From an uncultured Candidatus Rokubacteria bacterium (lineage in GTDB: Bacteria; Methylomirabilota; Methylomirabilia; Rokubacteriales; CSP1-6): DNA of 64,000 nt. The DNA is taken from positions 288,001 to 352,000 of the forward strand of contig CAVWWD010000003.1 of the NCBI GenBank assembly GCA_963758635.1, read 5' to 3'. The stretch's first letter is position 1, and every line of letters starts with the position of its first letter. This document shows positions 1 to 9,379 of the stretch, piece after piece. Under the pieces are notes generated by a model, which had not been told where the DNA came from, ran no database searches, and was given only the letters and a program-made list of their open reading frames with translations. The translations under genes and the position numbers were made by a program.

Positions 1-420
1 ACCCTCGACGTGGCGGCGCGGGCGACGCGTGGCTACCCGGAGATCGTGCTCCTGCACGCCGACGCCCTCGCGCTCCCGCTGGCGCCGCGCTCGGTGGACG
101 TGGCCATCTCCGCGCTCACGCTCCACCACCTGGAGCCGTCGGCGGCCGCCGCCGTCCTCGCCGCGATGGACCGGACGGCCCGCGTGGGCTTCGTCGTGAA
201 CGACCTCTACCGGAGCCGCGCCGCCTACGCGCTCGTGTGGCTCGCCACGCGCGTGCTGGCGCGAAACCGCATGTCGCGCCACGACGGCCCGCTGTCCGTG
301 CTGCGCGCCTACACCCCTCAGGAGGTGCGCGCCCTCTGCGCGCGCGCCGGGCTCGCCGGCGTGCGCATCCGCCGCTACGCGCTGCTCCTCAGGCAGTGCG
401 CCGTGCTGGTGAAGCCGTGA
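1..420 (+). CDS. SAM-dependent methyltransferase, 5' truncated by window edge
   Basis: ORF with DALALP...VDVAISALTLHH and VNDLYRS...HDGPLSVLRAYT motifs, typical of methyltransferases found beside type III PKS and FAD-oxidoreductase genes. Confidence 0.8.
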   Translation, partial: TLDVAARATRGYPEIVLLHADALALPLAPRSVDVAISALTLHHLEPSAAAAVLAAMDRTARVGFVVNDLYRSRAAYALVWLATRVLARNRMSRHDGPLSVLRAYTPQEVRALCARAGLAGVRIRRYALLLRQCAVLVKP

Positions 421-1643
421 GCGGCGCCCCGAGCGCCCGCGCCGCCGACGTGGTGGTGGTCGGCGGCGGGCCGGCGGGGAGCGCCATCGCCATCCTCCTC
501 GCCGAGCGCGGTTGGTCGGTGCGGCTCATCGACAAGGCGTCGTTCCCCCGGCCCAAGATCTGCGGCGAGTACCTCTCGCCCGAGGCCGCGCGCATCCTCG
601 ACCGGCTCGGCGTGCTCAAGGACGTGGACGCGGCGGGCGCCCAGCCCCTCTCGGGCATGCGCATCGTGGCCCCCGACGGCACCGTGCTCGACGCCGCGTA
701 CCCAACGTCCGGGCCGTGGCGCGGCTACCGCGACCATGCGCTCGCCGTGGAGCGCGAGCGCCTCGACGCGATCCTCCTCGATCGGGCGCGCGGCGCGTTC
801 GTCGACGTCCGTGAGCGGCACCGCGCGGTGGATGTCGTGCAGGACGGCGACCGCGTGATCGGAGTTCGGGCCGAGGACGCCGATGGCCGGCCCTTCGAGG
901 CGCAGGCCCGCCTCGTGGTGGGCGCCGACGGCCGCGCCTCGATGGTGGCGCGCGCCCTCGGCCTCGTCCGGCCGCATCGCCTCGCGCGGATGGCCCTGGT
1001 CCAGGACGTCGAAGGCATCGACGGCCTCGCCGGCCGCGGCGAGATCTACGTGGACCCGCCCGACTACGCGATCCTGAACCCGGTCACCCCGACCCGCGTC
1101 AACCTGAGCCTGGTCGTCCCCCTGGCCCACGCGCGCCCCTACGCGGGTCGCCTCCCCACGTTCACCGCCGCCCGCGTCGCCCAGCTCCGGCACCTGGCCC
1201 CGCGCCTGGCCGGGATGCATCCCGTCGGCCCCCTCGCCGCGATGGGCCCGCTCGCCTACCGAGTGCGTGAGCCGCGCCATGGCGGCGTGGCCCTCGTCGG
1301 CGACGCCGCCGGCTTCTACGACCCGTTCACCGGCGAGGGGATCTACACCGCCCTCCGCTCCGCCGAGCTCCTCGCCGACGTGGCCCACGACGCCCTCCGC
1401 AAGGACGACCTCACCCGCCGCGCCCTCGCCCCCTACGCCGCCGCCCGCCGCCGCGCCTTCGCCGACAAGGCCCGCCTCACCCGCGCCCTGCAGCTCGTCA
1501 TCTCCCACCGCGCCCTCGCCAACCTCACCGCCCACACCCTGGCCAGACGCCCATGGCTCCTCCCCGTCCTCATGGGCGTCATCGGCGACTTCACCCCCCC
1601 ACGCGAACTGCTCCGCGCCTCGCTGTCCGGCCCCCGAACCTGA
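417..1643 (+). CDS. FAD-dependent oxidoreductase (geranylgeranyl reductase/FixC-like)
   Basis: GTG overlaps upstream stop; DVVVVGGGPAG Rossmann motif, KICGE, VVGADG, LVGDAAGFYDPFTGEGI. Confidence 0.85.
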   Translation: MSGAPSARAADVVVVGGGPAGSAIAILLAERGWSVRLIDKASFPRPKICGEYLSPEAARILDRLGVLKDVDAAGAQPLSGMRIVAPDGTVLDAAYPTSGPWRGYRDHALAVERERLDAILLDRARGAFVDVRERHRAVDVVQDGDRVIGVRAEDADGRPFEAQARLVVGADGRASMVARALGLVRPHRLARMALVQDVEGIDGLAGRGEIYVDPPDYAILNPVTPTRVNLSLVVPLAHARPYAGRLPTFTAARVAQLRHLAPRLAGMHPVGPLAAMGPLAYRVREPRHGGVALVGDAAGFYDPFTGEGIYTALRSAELLADVAHDALRKDDLTRRALAPYAAARRRAFADKARLTRALQLVISHRALANLTAHTLARRPWLLPVLMGVIGDFTPPRELLRASLSGPRT

Positions 1644-1784
1644 CTCCAGGGAAGTCCGAGAAGGGCGGCGACCAGCCCGAGGGCGTCCGCGTGCGGCGAG
1701 TGGGCACGCCGAGGACGAGGCGGGCCGACAGCGTGCGGCGGACGCAGCCGCTGAGGGCGTGCTGTCAACAGCGTGCGGCGAGGG

Positions 1785-1928
1785 GGCGGCGGGGAGGCAC
1801 CTGGGGTCGAGGCGGCCCTTCCCCTCCATCGGGATATCGGAACTCACCCGCCCGGATGGAGCCCAGCCGCAACGGGGCAGCGCACGCGTGCGGCGTGGTC
1901 CCGCGACCCCAGGTGCCTCCCCGCCGCC
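1785..1928. repeat. 25-bp perfect inverted repeat enclosing 94 bp (MITE-like or bidirectional terminator)
   Basis: GGCGGCGGGGAGGCACCTGGGGTCG (1785-1809) and its exact reverse complement (1904-1928), between convergent genes. Confidence 0.85.
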
Positions 1929-1980
1929 GGCACGCCGAGCGCCAGCGCACAGGGACGCGAAGCGCGAGGGACGAGGAGCG

Positions 1981-3405
1981 CTACGCCGGCCGGCGCGCGC
2001 GCTTCTTCGGGGCCGCGGGCGCCGCAGGCTCGGCCGCCGCCGGCTGGTCGGACTGCAGCAGCGGCACATTGGCCTCCCGGAGCGGGAGCCCGATGTGATC
2101 GCGGATCCACTTCGCGTCCCACCACTCGAGCCCCGTCACCGAGATCCCGTGGATCAGGACCTCGTAGTGCAGGTGGTCGCCGAGCGCGAGCCCGGTGGCG
2201 CCGCTCCGGCCCAGCTCCTGCCCGCGCTTCACCTCGTCGCCCGCCTTCACGTCGATGGACGAGAGGTGGGCGTACAGCGTCTGCAGGCCGAGCCCGTGGT
2301 CCAGCACCACCGCGTTTCCATATATGGTGAGGGGCCCGGCGAAGACGACCACGCCGCTGTTGGCCGCCGGTATCGGGCTCTGGCGGAGCGACGCCAGGTC
2401 GTAGCCGAGATGGACCTGGGTATCGATGTCCTTGCCGCCGAGACGGTACGCTCGCGTCTCGGCGAAATTGGAGAACACCTTGCTGTTGCGCGGCTGCACG
2501 AACGCGCCCTCCCAGAGCGGACGCGTCTGCGTCTTCGTGGCGAGCTCGCGCTTCGTCTGCTCGGCGGCGCGCCGCTGGTCGCGATTGACGACGAGGAACG
2601 CCTCGGCCATGCGCTCGGGGGGGATGGCGCCGCGGTCGGGCAGGAGCTCGGGCAGCTTCCGGGTCAGGAACTCCTCCTTCAGCTCGACGGTGCCCGAGGG
2701 GAAGCGCCGGCCCTTGATCTCGACCGGCACCGCCCGGGACACCGCGTTGCCCGCCTCGTCCTGCGCGTGCACGGCGATCGGCGTGTCGATCGGGAAGTCC
2801 CACGGCAGGCCGAACATGGCGGCGAGCATCCCGCCGTCGGGAGGGCCGACGGGATACGCGGGCAGGAAGAGCCCGCCGACGTTGACGCCCACACGGGACG
2901 CGCCCCGCGCGCGGAACACCACCAGCCCGCCGCCGCCCTGCGCGAGGTAACGGGTGTGCGAGAGCAGCTCGAGGGTCGGCGGCGTGAAGTCGAGCGTCAC
3001 CGGCACGCTCAGCGCCGGCCGGTCGTCCGTGCGGAGGGGCCGCCAGAAGCCGTCGCGCGCCACCACCTCGAGCGTGGCCGCGCCCTCCCGCAGCCCGAGG
3101 GCCCGCCCGTCGACGGTCACGTCGATCCGCTGCGCGTTGCCGCCGCCCGTGAACGACGGGCTGGCCACCGCGACCTTGCCCTGGTTCTGCACGAGGCGCA
3201 GCTCGGCGGACTGCACGCCCCCGCGGGCGGCGGCGAGCTGCACCGAGAGCGGCGTGCGCAGCCCGATGAAGCGCGGCGGCGGCGCGATCTCGGCGCGGAC
3301 GCCGGGCACGCTCTGGCGCCATCCGAGATAGACGGCGGCGGCCACCACGATCACGACGGGAATGGCGAGGACGACGATCCAGACCTTCAACGAGGAGCGG
3401 GTCAC
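1981..3405 (-). CDS. M23 family metallopeptidase with N-terminal membrane anchor
   Basis: HLGYDLA (HxxxD), YGNAVVLDHG, YAHL, HLHYEV motifs; probable GTG start at 3405 just before a hydrophobic helix. Confidence 0.88.
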   Translation of the reverse strand: MTRSSLKVWIVVLAIPVVIVVAAAVYLGWRQSVPGVRAEIAPPPRFIGLRTPLSVQLAAARGGVQSAELRLVQNQGKVAVASPSFTGGGNAQRIDVTVDGRALGLREGAATLEVVARDGFWRPLRTDDRPALSVPVTLDFTPPTLELLSHTRYLAQGGGGLVVFRARGASRVGVNVGGLFLPAYPVGPPDGGMLAAMFGLPWDFPIDTPIAVHAQDEAGNAVSRAVPVEIKGRRFPSGTVELKEEFLTRKLPELLPDRGAIPPERMAEAFLVVNRDQRRAAEQTKRELATKTQTRPLWEGAFVQPRNSKVFSNFAETRAYRLGGKDIDTQVHLGYDLASLRQSPIPAANSGVVVFAGPLTIYGNAVVLDHGLGLQTLYAHLSSIDVKAGDEVKRGQELGRSGATGLALGDHLHYEVLIHGISVTGLEWWDAKWIRDHIGLPLREANVPLLQSDQPAAAEPAAPAAPKKRARRPA

Positions 3406-3418
3406 GGCGCCATGATAC

Positions 3419-3561
3419 TGCAGTGCGAGCCGCAGCCGCGTGAAGTGCGAGCCGCAGCCGCAGGCGAGGCGAGCGTATATGGAAATGCAGTGGAACCGAC
3501 CGTCAAGCGCCGAAATGCAGTGGAAGCGACCGTCAGGAACTGCAGCGACCGACCGCCAACC
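3419..3561 (+). repeat. Family A palindromic element with partial tandem copies
   Basis: GCAGTGCGAGCCGCAGCCGC twice, then TATATGGAAATGCAGTGGAACCGACC and GAAATGCAGTGGAAGCGACC; matches copies at 27.0, 44.3, 57.3 and 58.3 kb. Confidence 0.85.
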
Positions 3562-3565
3562 TAGC

Positions 3566-4159
3566 ATGATGACGCGCGCGTGGCTCCTCGTGAGCGCGGC
3601 GGGGTTCGTGGCGAGCGGGCTGCTGCACCTGGGCACGTTCACGCCGGCGGCGTCGCGGCTGGGCGAGTCGTACGCCGCCGTCCTCTTCGCCGCGGCGTGC
3701 GTGCCGCTCGTCGCGATGGTGCGGCGGCTCCGCCGCCTGCCGCTGTCCGGCCGGCGATGGCGGCGCCTGCACGTCCTCGACTGGCGCGAGATCGTCGCGC
3801 CGGTGCCCCCGCCCGCGCGCGTCCTGATCTTCGGCGCCGCGCTCTACGTGCTCATGAACTCCGTGCTGTCCCTCGCCGTGATCGGGGGCGTGAGCGTGGA
3901 GGCGGGGGGCGGCGCGTACCACGCCGTCGAGCGCGGCGAGCGCCGGGAGATCTCGCGGGCGGAGTACGACGCCCACCGCGCCGCCGCTCTTCGCGGCCTG
4001 TCGGCCCCGCTGCTCCTGTTCTACCTGCTGCCCCTCGCCTACTTCGCGTTCGTCCCGCCGCCCCCGGCGCGGCGCGTCTGCCCGCATCGTTCGCGAACGG
4101 AGGCGGACCGTGAACGGCGTGGGCGTCCGGTGAGCCCGTTCATGAATAGTCCGCGCTAA
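3566..4159 (+). CDS. Hypothetical membrane protein (about 4 TM segments)
   Basis: ORF with several hydrophobic stretches and typical codon usage; no recognised family. Confidence 0.6.
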   Translation: MMTRAWLLVSAAGFVASGLLHLGTFTPAASRLGESYAAVLFAAACVPLVAMVRRLRRLPLSGRRWRRLHVLDWREIVAPVPPPARVLIFGAALYVLMNSVLSLAVIGGVSVEAGGGAYHAVERGERREISRAEYDAHRAAALRGLSAPLLLFYLLPLAYFAFVPPPPARRVCPHRSRTEADRERRGRPVSPFMNSPR

Positions 4160-4198
4160 GTCCGGGCGTTCATTGGCGTCTGCGCCGTCGCCGGCGCC

Positions 4199-4227
4199 TT
4201 GACACCCCGCGCCCCGCCCTATAAAGT
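4199..4227 (+). promoter_or_regulatory. sigma70-type promoter for nuoLMN
   Basis: TTGACA (4199-4204), 17 nt spacer, TAAAGT (4222-4227), 18 nt before the nuoL ATG. Confidence 0.65.
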
Positions 4228-4245
4228 GATGCGGGCTTTTTCCAC

Positions 4246-6120
4246 ATGTCGCGACTCGTCTGGCTCATTCCGCTCTTCCCGCTCGTCGGCTCGCTCGTCA
4301 ACGCGCTCTTCGGCCGGTCCATCGGGCGGCTCGCGCACTGGATCGCCGTCCCCGCGCTCGGCATGTCGTTCCTCACCGCGTGCGCGCTCTTCGCGCGCGT
4401 GTGGAACGGCGAGACCTACACCGGCGCGCTGTTCCCGTGGATCGTCGCCGGCACCTTCCACACCGCGATCACCGCCCAGGTCGACCAGCTCACCGCGGTG
4501 ATGCTCCTGGTCGTGACGGGGGTGGGCTTCCTCATCCACCTCTACTCGGCCGGCTACATGCACGGCGATCCGAGCTACGCCCGGTTCTTCACCTACCTGA
4601 ACCTGTTCGTGTTCTCGATGGTGATGCTCGTCCTCGCCGGCGACTTCCTCGTCCTCTACGTGTTCTGGGAGGCGGTGGGCCTGTGCTCGTACCTGCTCAT
4701 CGGCTTCTGGTACGAGAGGCCGGCGGCGGCGGAGGCGGGCAAGAAGGCGTTCATCGTGAACCGGGTGGGGGACTTCGGCTTCGGCCTCGGCGTGATGCTC
4801 ATCTGGACCACGTTCGGCACCCTCCAGTACTCGGAGGTCTTCGCCAAGGCCGAGGCCGGGCTCGCCGGCGGCACCGCGCTCGCCATCGCGCTCCTCCTGT
4901 TCACGGGCGCCACCGGGAAGTCGGCGCAGCTGCCGCTCTACACGTGGCTGCCCGACGCCATGGAGGGCCCCACGCCGGTGTCCGCGCTGATCCACGCCGC
5001 GACCATGGTCACCGCCGGCGTGTACATGGTGGCGCGCTGCCACGTGCTGTTCGAGAAGGCGCCGGTGTCGCTGGAGGTGGTGGCGTGGGTCGGCGGCCTC
5101 ACCGCCGTGTTCGCCGCCACCATCGGCCTCGTGCAGACCGACATCAAGCGCGTGCTCGCGTACTCGACGATCAGCCAGCTCGGGTACATGTTCGTCGCGG
5201 TGGGGGTGGGCGCGTACGCGGTGGGTATCTTCCACCTCGTGACGCACGCCTTCTTCAAGGCGCTGCTCTTCCTCGGCGCGGGCAGCGTCATCCACGGCCT
5301 CGGCGGCGAGCAGGATGTCCGGCGGATGGGCAACCTCGCCCCGAAGATGATGACGACCACGATCACCTTCGTGGTCGGAGCGGCGGGGCTGGCCGGGCTG
5401 TGGCCGTTCGCCGGGTTCTTCTCGAAGGACGCGATCCTCGCCGCCGCGCTCCACGAGGGCCACCGGGCGCTGTTCGTGCTGCTCCTCGCCGGAGCGTTCA
5501 TGACCGCGTTCTACACGTTTCGGCTGGTCGCCCTCGCGTTCTTCGGCAACTCTCGCATGTCGCACGAGGTGGCGCACCACGCGCACGAGTCGCCCGCGGT
5601 CATGACCATGCCCCTCGTGGTCCTCGCCCTCCTGACCATCGTCAGCGGGTTCGCGCTCGGCGTCCAGACGGCCGGCCAGACCCCCTTCGCCCGGTTCCTG
5701 AGCCCCGTCTTCCCCCTCGTCGAGGCCGAACACGGGTACTTCGTGCCCGTCCTCTCGCTGGCGGTGGCGGTGGCGGGCACGGTGCTCGCGTTGTTCATGT
5801 ACGGCTGGCGGCAGGTGCGGGCCGAGGACATCGGCGAGCCGCGCACCGCGCTTCACGCGCTCGTGCTGAACAAGTACTACGTGGACGAGATCTACGACGC
5901 CCTCGTCGTGACGCCGATCTACCGGCTGAGCCGCTGGTGCGCGGCGGTGTTCGACCTCGGGGTGATCGACGGCGCCGTCAACGGCGTGGGCGGGATCGTG
6001 ACCGCGGGGGCGCGCGGGCTGCGGCGCCTGCAGACCGGGTTCGTGATGAACTACGCCCTCACGATGCTCGTGGGCGCCGTCGCCGTCGTGGCCTACCTCC
6101 TGTCCCGGTCGCTCCGATGA
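4246..6120 (+). CDS. nuoL: NADH-quinone oxidoreductase subunit L
   Basis: FWEAVGLCSYLLIGFW, KKAFIVNRVGDFG, GKSAQLPLYTWLPDAMEGPTPVSALIHAATMV, HAFFKALLFL. Confidence 0.97.
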   Translation: MSRLVWLIPLFPLVGSLVNALFGRSIGRLAHWIAVPALGMSFLTACALFARVWNGETYTGALFPWIVAGTFHTAITAQVDQLTAVMLLVVTGVGFLIHLYSAGYMHGDPSYARFFTYLNLFVFSMVMLVLAGDFLVLYVFWEAVGLCSYLLIGFWYERPAAAEAGKKAFIVNRVGDFGFGLGVMLIWTTFGTLQYSEVFAKAEAGLAGGTALAIALLLFTGATGKSAQLPLYTWLPDAMEGPTPVSALIHAATMVTAGVYMVARCHVLFEKAPVSLEVVAWVGGLTAVFAATIGLVQTDIKRVLAYSTISQLGYMFVAVGVGAYAVGIFHLVTHAFFKALLFLGAGSVIHGLGGEQDVRRMGNLAPKMMTTTITFVVGAAGLAGLWPFAGFFSKDAILAAALHEGHRALFVLLLAGAFMTAFYTFRLVALAFFGNSRMSHEVAHHAHESPAVMTMPLVVLALLTIVSGFALGVQTAGQTPFARFLSPVFPLVEAEHGYFVPVLSLAVAVAGTVLALFMYGWRQVRAEDIGEPRTALHALVLNKYYVDEIYDALVVTPIYRLSRWCAAVFDLGVIDGAVNGVGGIVTAGARGLRRLQTGFVMNYALTMLVGAVAVVAYLLSRSLR

Positions 6121-7623
6121 TCCTGTCCGCGATCACGTTCCTGCCCGTCGCCGGCGCGGTGGCGGTGGCCTTCGTCCCGCGCGGCCAGGAGCGCATGGTC
6201 AAGATCCTCGCCTTCGTGGTGTCGCTCGCCGGCTTCCTCGCGTCGCTGCCGCTCTACCTGAGATTCGACCCGAGCCGGGCCGACTACCAGTTCGTGGAGT
6301 CCGCGCCGTGGATGCCCACCCTCGGGATCAGCTACCACCTGGGCGTGGACGGCATCAGCCTGCTCCTCGTGCTCCTCACCACGTTCCTGATGCCGCTGGC
6401 GCTGCTCGCCTCGTGGCACTCGATCGAGACGCGGTGGAAGGAGTTCGCGATCACGATGCTCCTCCTGGAGACGGGGATGCTGGGCGTCTTCGTGGCGCTC
6501 GACCTCTTCCTCTTCTACGTCTTCTGGGAGGCGATGCTGGTGCCGATGTACCTCATCATCGGCGTGTGGGGCGGGGCGCGCCGCGTGTACGCGGCCATCA
6601 AGTTCGTGCTCTACACGCTCGCCGGCTCCGTCCTCATGCTGGTGGCGATCCTCGCCCTCTACTTCCGGCACGGCGCGGCCACCGGCACCTACACGTTCGA
6701 CCTGCCCGGTGCTCGCGCAGTTCGTGCTTCCCGCCGGCCTCGCCCAGGACCTGATGTTCCTGGCCTTCGCGGTGGCGTTCGCCATCAAGGTGCCGATGTT
6801 CCCGTTCCACACCTGGCTGCCCGACGCCCACGTGGAGGCGCCCACCGCGGGCAGCGTGATCCTGGCCGGCGTGCTGCTGAAGATGGGCACGTACGGCTTC
6901 CTGCGCTTCTGCCTGCCCCTGTTCCCGCAGGCGAGCCTGCTCTTCGCGCCGTCGATCATGGTCCTCGGGCTCATCGGGATCGTCTACGGGGCCTGGGTCT
7001 CCACCGTGCAGCCCGACATCAAGAAGCTCGTGGCGTACTCCAGCGTGAGCCACCTCGGCTTCGTGATGGTGGGCCTGTTCACGCTCACGCCGCAGGGGCT
7101 GGTGGGCGGCATCATCCAGATGGTGAACCACGGGCTCAGCACCGGCGCCCTGTTCCTCCTGGTCGGCATGATCTACGAGCGGCGGCACACCCGGCTCATC
7201 GCCGACTTCGGCGGCCTCTGGTCGGTGATGCCCGCCTTCAGCGCGCTGTTCCTGATCGTGTCGCTGTCCTCGCTGGGGCTGCCCGGGCTGAACGGGTTCG
7301 TCGGCGAGTTCCTGATCCTGGTGGGGGCGTTCCAGTGGAGCCGGCCGGTGGCCGTCGTCGCCACCTCCGGCATCATCTTCGCCGCCGTGTACATGCTGTG
7401 GATGTACCAGCGCGTGGTGTTCGGGCCCGTCACCCGCGAGGAGAACCGCCGCCTCCAGGACCTGACGGGGCGGGAGTGGGCCGTCCTCCTGCCCGTCCTC
7501 GCGCTCATCGTGTGGATCGGCGTGTATCCGTCGGCGTTCACCGGCCTGACCGAGGCGAGCGTGCAGGCCCTGATCAGCCAGGTCCAGGCCAAGGCCGCCG
7601 CCGCCGCCCTCGCCGCCCGATGA
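6117..7623 (+). CDS. nuoM: NADH-quinone oxidoreductase subunit M (one apparent frameshift near 6705)
   Basis: [10 protein letters not shown] and [13 protein letters not shown] in first frame; [25 protein letters not shown] and [13 protein letters not shown] in second frame. Confidence 0.95.
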
Positions 7624-7699
7624 TCCGTTCACCCCGCGGCAGGGCGACGACGCTGGACGAACCACGAGTTAGGGAAGGGGCGAGCGTGTCGAGCCATGC

Positions 7700-7804
7700 G
7701 GTGGGGGGGAGTGGGGGCTGCTGTGCGAGGCGCAGCCGAAGGCGAGCCGAGCGAATCAGTAGTCGGTCCGAGCGGAAGCGAGGAGCGGCGCCGCTCCCCC
7801 CCAC
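7700..7804 (+). repeat. Inverted-repeat-bounded element with nested family A hairpin, between nuoM and nuoN
   Basis: GTGGGGGGGAGTGG ... CCGCTCCCCCCCAC arms around TGCGAGGCGCAGCCGAAGGCGAGCCGAGCG. Confidence 0.7.
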
Positions 7805-7810
7805 AGACGA

Positions 7811-9272
7811 ATGACGCCGGAGATCGTCTTTCCCGCCGTCAACCTCCGCGCCCTCGGGCCGATCCTCGCCCTCTCGGGCGCGGCGCTCATCGTGCTCCTC
7901 CTCGACCTGCTGCCGCCGCGCGAGCGCAAGGAGCACCTCGGCGCCGTCGGCCTCGTCGGCGCGCTCGCCGCCCTGTTCCTCACCGTGAGCCTCTGGGGCG
8001 GCGACGAGCGCGCCTTCGGCGGCATGGTCATCCTGGACCGCTACGCGCAGTTCTTCTACGTCGTCATCGGCTACGCGCTCGGCCTGGTCCTGCTCCTCTC
8101 GCTGGACTACGTCCGGCGGCAGGGGATCGAGTCGGGCGAGTTCTACCTCCTCGCCCTCTTCTCCGCGGTGGGCATGATGCTGATGGCCTCCGCGGGCGAT
8201 CTGATCATGATCTTCCTCGGCCTGGAGATCATGTCGATCACGCTCTACGTCCTCGCCGGCTTCTTCCGCAACCGTCTGGAGGCGGGCGAGGCCTCGCTCA
8301 AGTACTTCCTGCTCGGGGCCTTCGCCTCGGGCTTCCTCCTCTACGGCATCGCCCTCGTGTACGGCGCCACCGGGGCCACCAACCTGGACCGGATCGGGGC
8401 CGCGGTGGCGGGCGGCGCCGCGCGTGACCCGCTCCTCGTCATCGGCTTCGGCCTCCTGCTCGTGGGCTTCGGCTTCAAGATCGCCGTCGTCCCGTTCCAC
8501 ATGTGGGCGGCCGACGTGTACCAGGGGGCGCCGACGCTCGATCACCGCGTTCATCGCCACCGGCTCGAAGGCCGCGGCCTTCGCCGCCCTCGTGCGCGTG
8601 CTCCTCTCCGCGCTCCCCGGCGCCCCCATCGACTGGGCGCCCCTCCTGTGGGTGCTCGCCGCGCTCAGCATGACCATCGGCAACGTGGTCGCCATCGCCC
8701 AGCAGGACCTCAAGCGGATGCTCGCGTACTCGTCGATCGCCCACGGCGGCTACATGCTGATCGGCGTGGTGGCGGGCGGCTCGCTGGGCTACGGCGCGGT
8801 GCTGTTCTACATGCTCGTCTACACGTTCACCACGGTGGGGGCCTTCGGGGTCCTGCTCCTCCTGGAGCGCGAGGGTGGGGAGTCAGTCGACGTCCGCCAG
8901 CTCTCCGGCCTCTCCGCGCGTCATCCGCTGCTCGCCCTGGTCCTGTCCGTGTTCCTGCTGTCGCTCATCGGCATCCCGCCCACCGCCGGCTTCGTGGGGA
9001 AGTTCTACCTGTTCGGTGGGGCGGTGCAGGCCGGGTACATCTGGCTCGCCGTGGTCGGCGTGCTCAACTCCGCGGTGGCCGCGTACTACTACCTCCGCGT
9101 GATCGTCTACATGTACATGCGCGAGCCCGAGGCGCAGCCGGCGACCCTCACGCCGTCGTTCTCCGGGGGCCTCGCGCTCGCCGTCGCGGTGTGGGGCGTG
9201 ATCCACCTCGGCATCCTGCCCGCGTCCTTCCTGGACCGGGCCCGGGCCGCGCTCGCCCCGCTGCTGCGGTAA
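7811..9272 (+). CDS. nuoN: NADH-quinone oxidoreductase subunit N (apparent frameshift near 8540)
   Basis: EASLKYFLLGAFASG, GFKIAVVPFHMWAADVYQGAP, then KRMLAYSSIAHGGY and GIPPTAGFVGK in shifted frame. Confidence 0.95.
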
Positions 9273-9365
9273 GTCTTCGGAGGGTTGGCGGTAGGTTCCA
9301 CTGCCTGATCATGTCCCCCCTCACCCAACCCTCTCCCCCCGGCGGGGAGAGGGCTTCGGAGGTTA
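9273..9365 (-). repeat. Family B palindromic element (CCCTCTCCC...GGGAGAGGG hairpin plus GGCAGTGGAAC end)
   Basis: Reverse complement is nearly identical to the 78-bp unit at 20138-20288; begins directly after the nuoN TAA. Confidence 0.88.
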
Positions 9366-9379
9366 GCGGCGAAACCCAC

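Noticed and set aside
4128..4147. Rex operator upstream of nuoL (GGTGAGCCCGTTCATG) and TTGTGAA half-sites in family E
   Set aside because: Several mismatches to TTGTGAA-N4-TTCACAA, and the family E half-sites are about 80 bp apart rather than 4.
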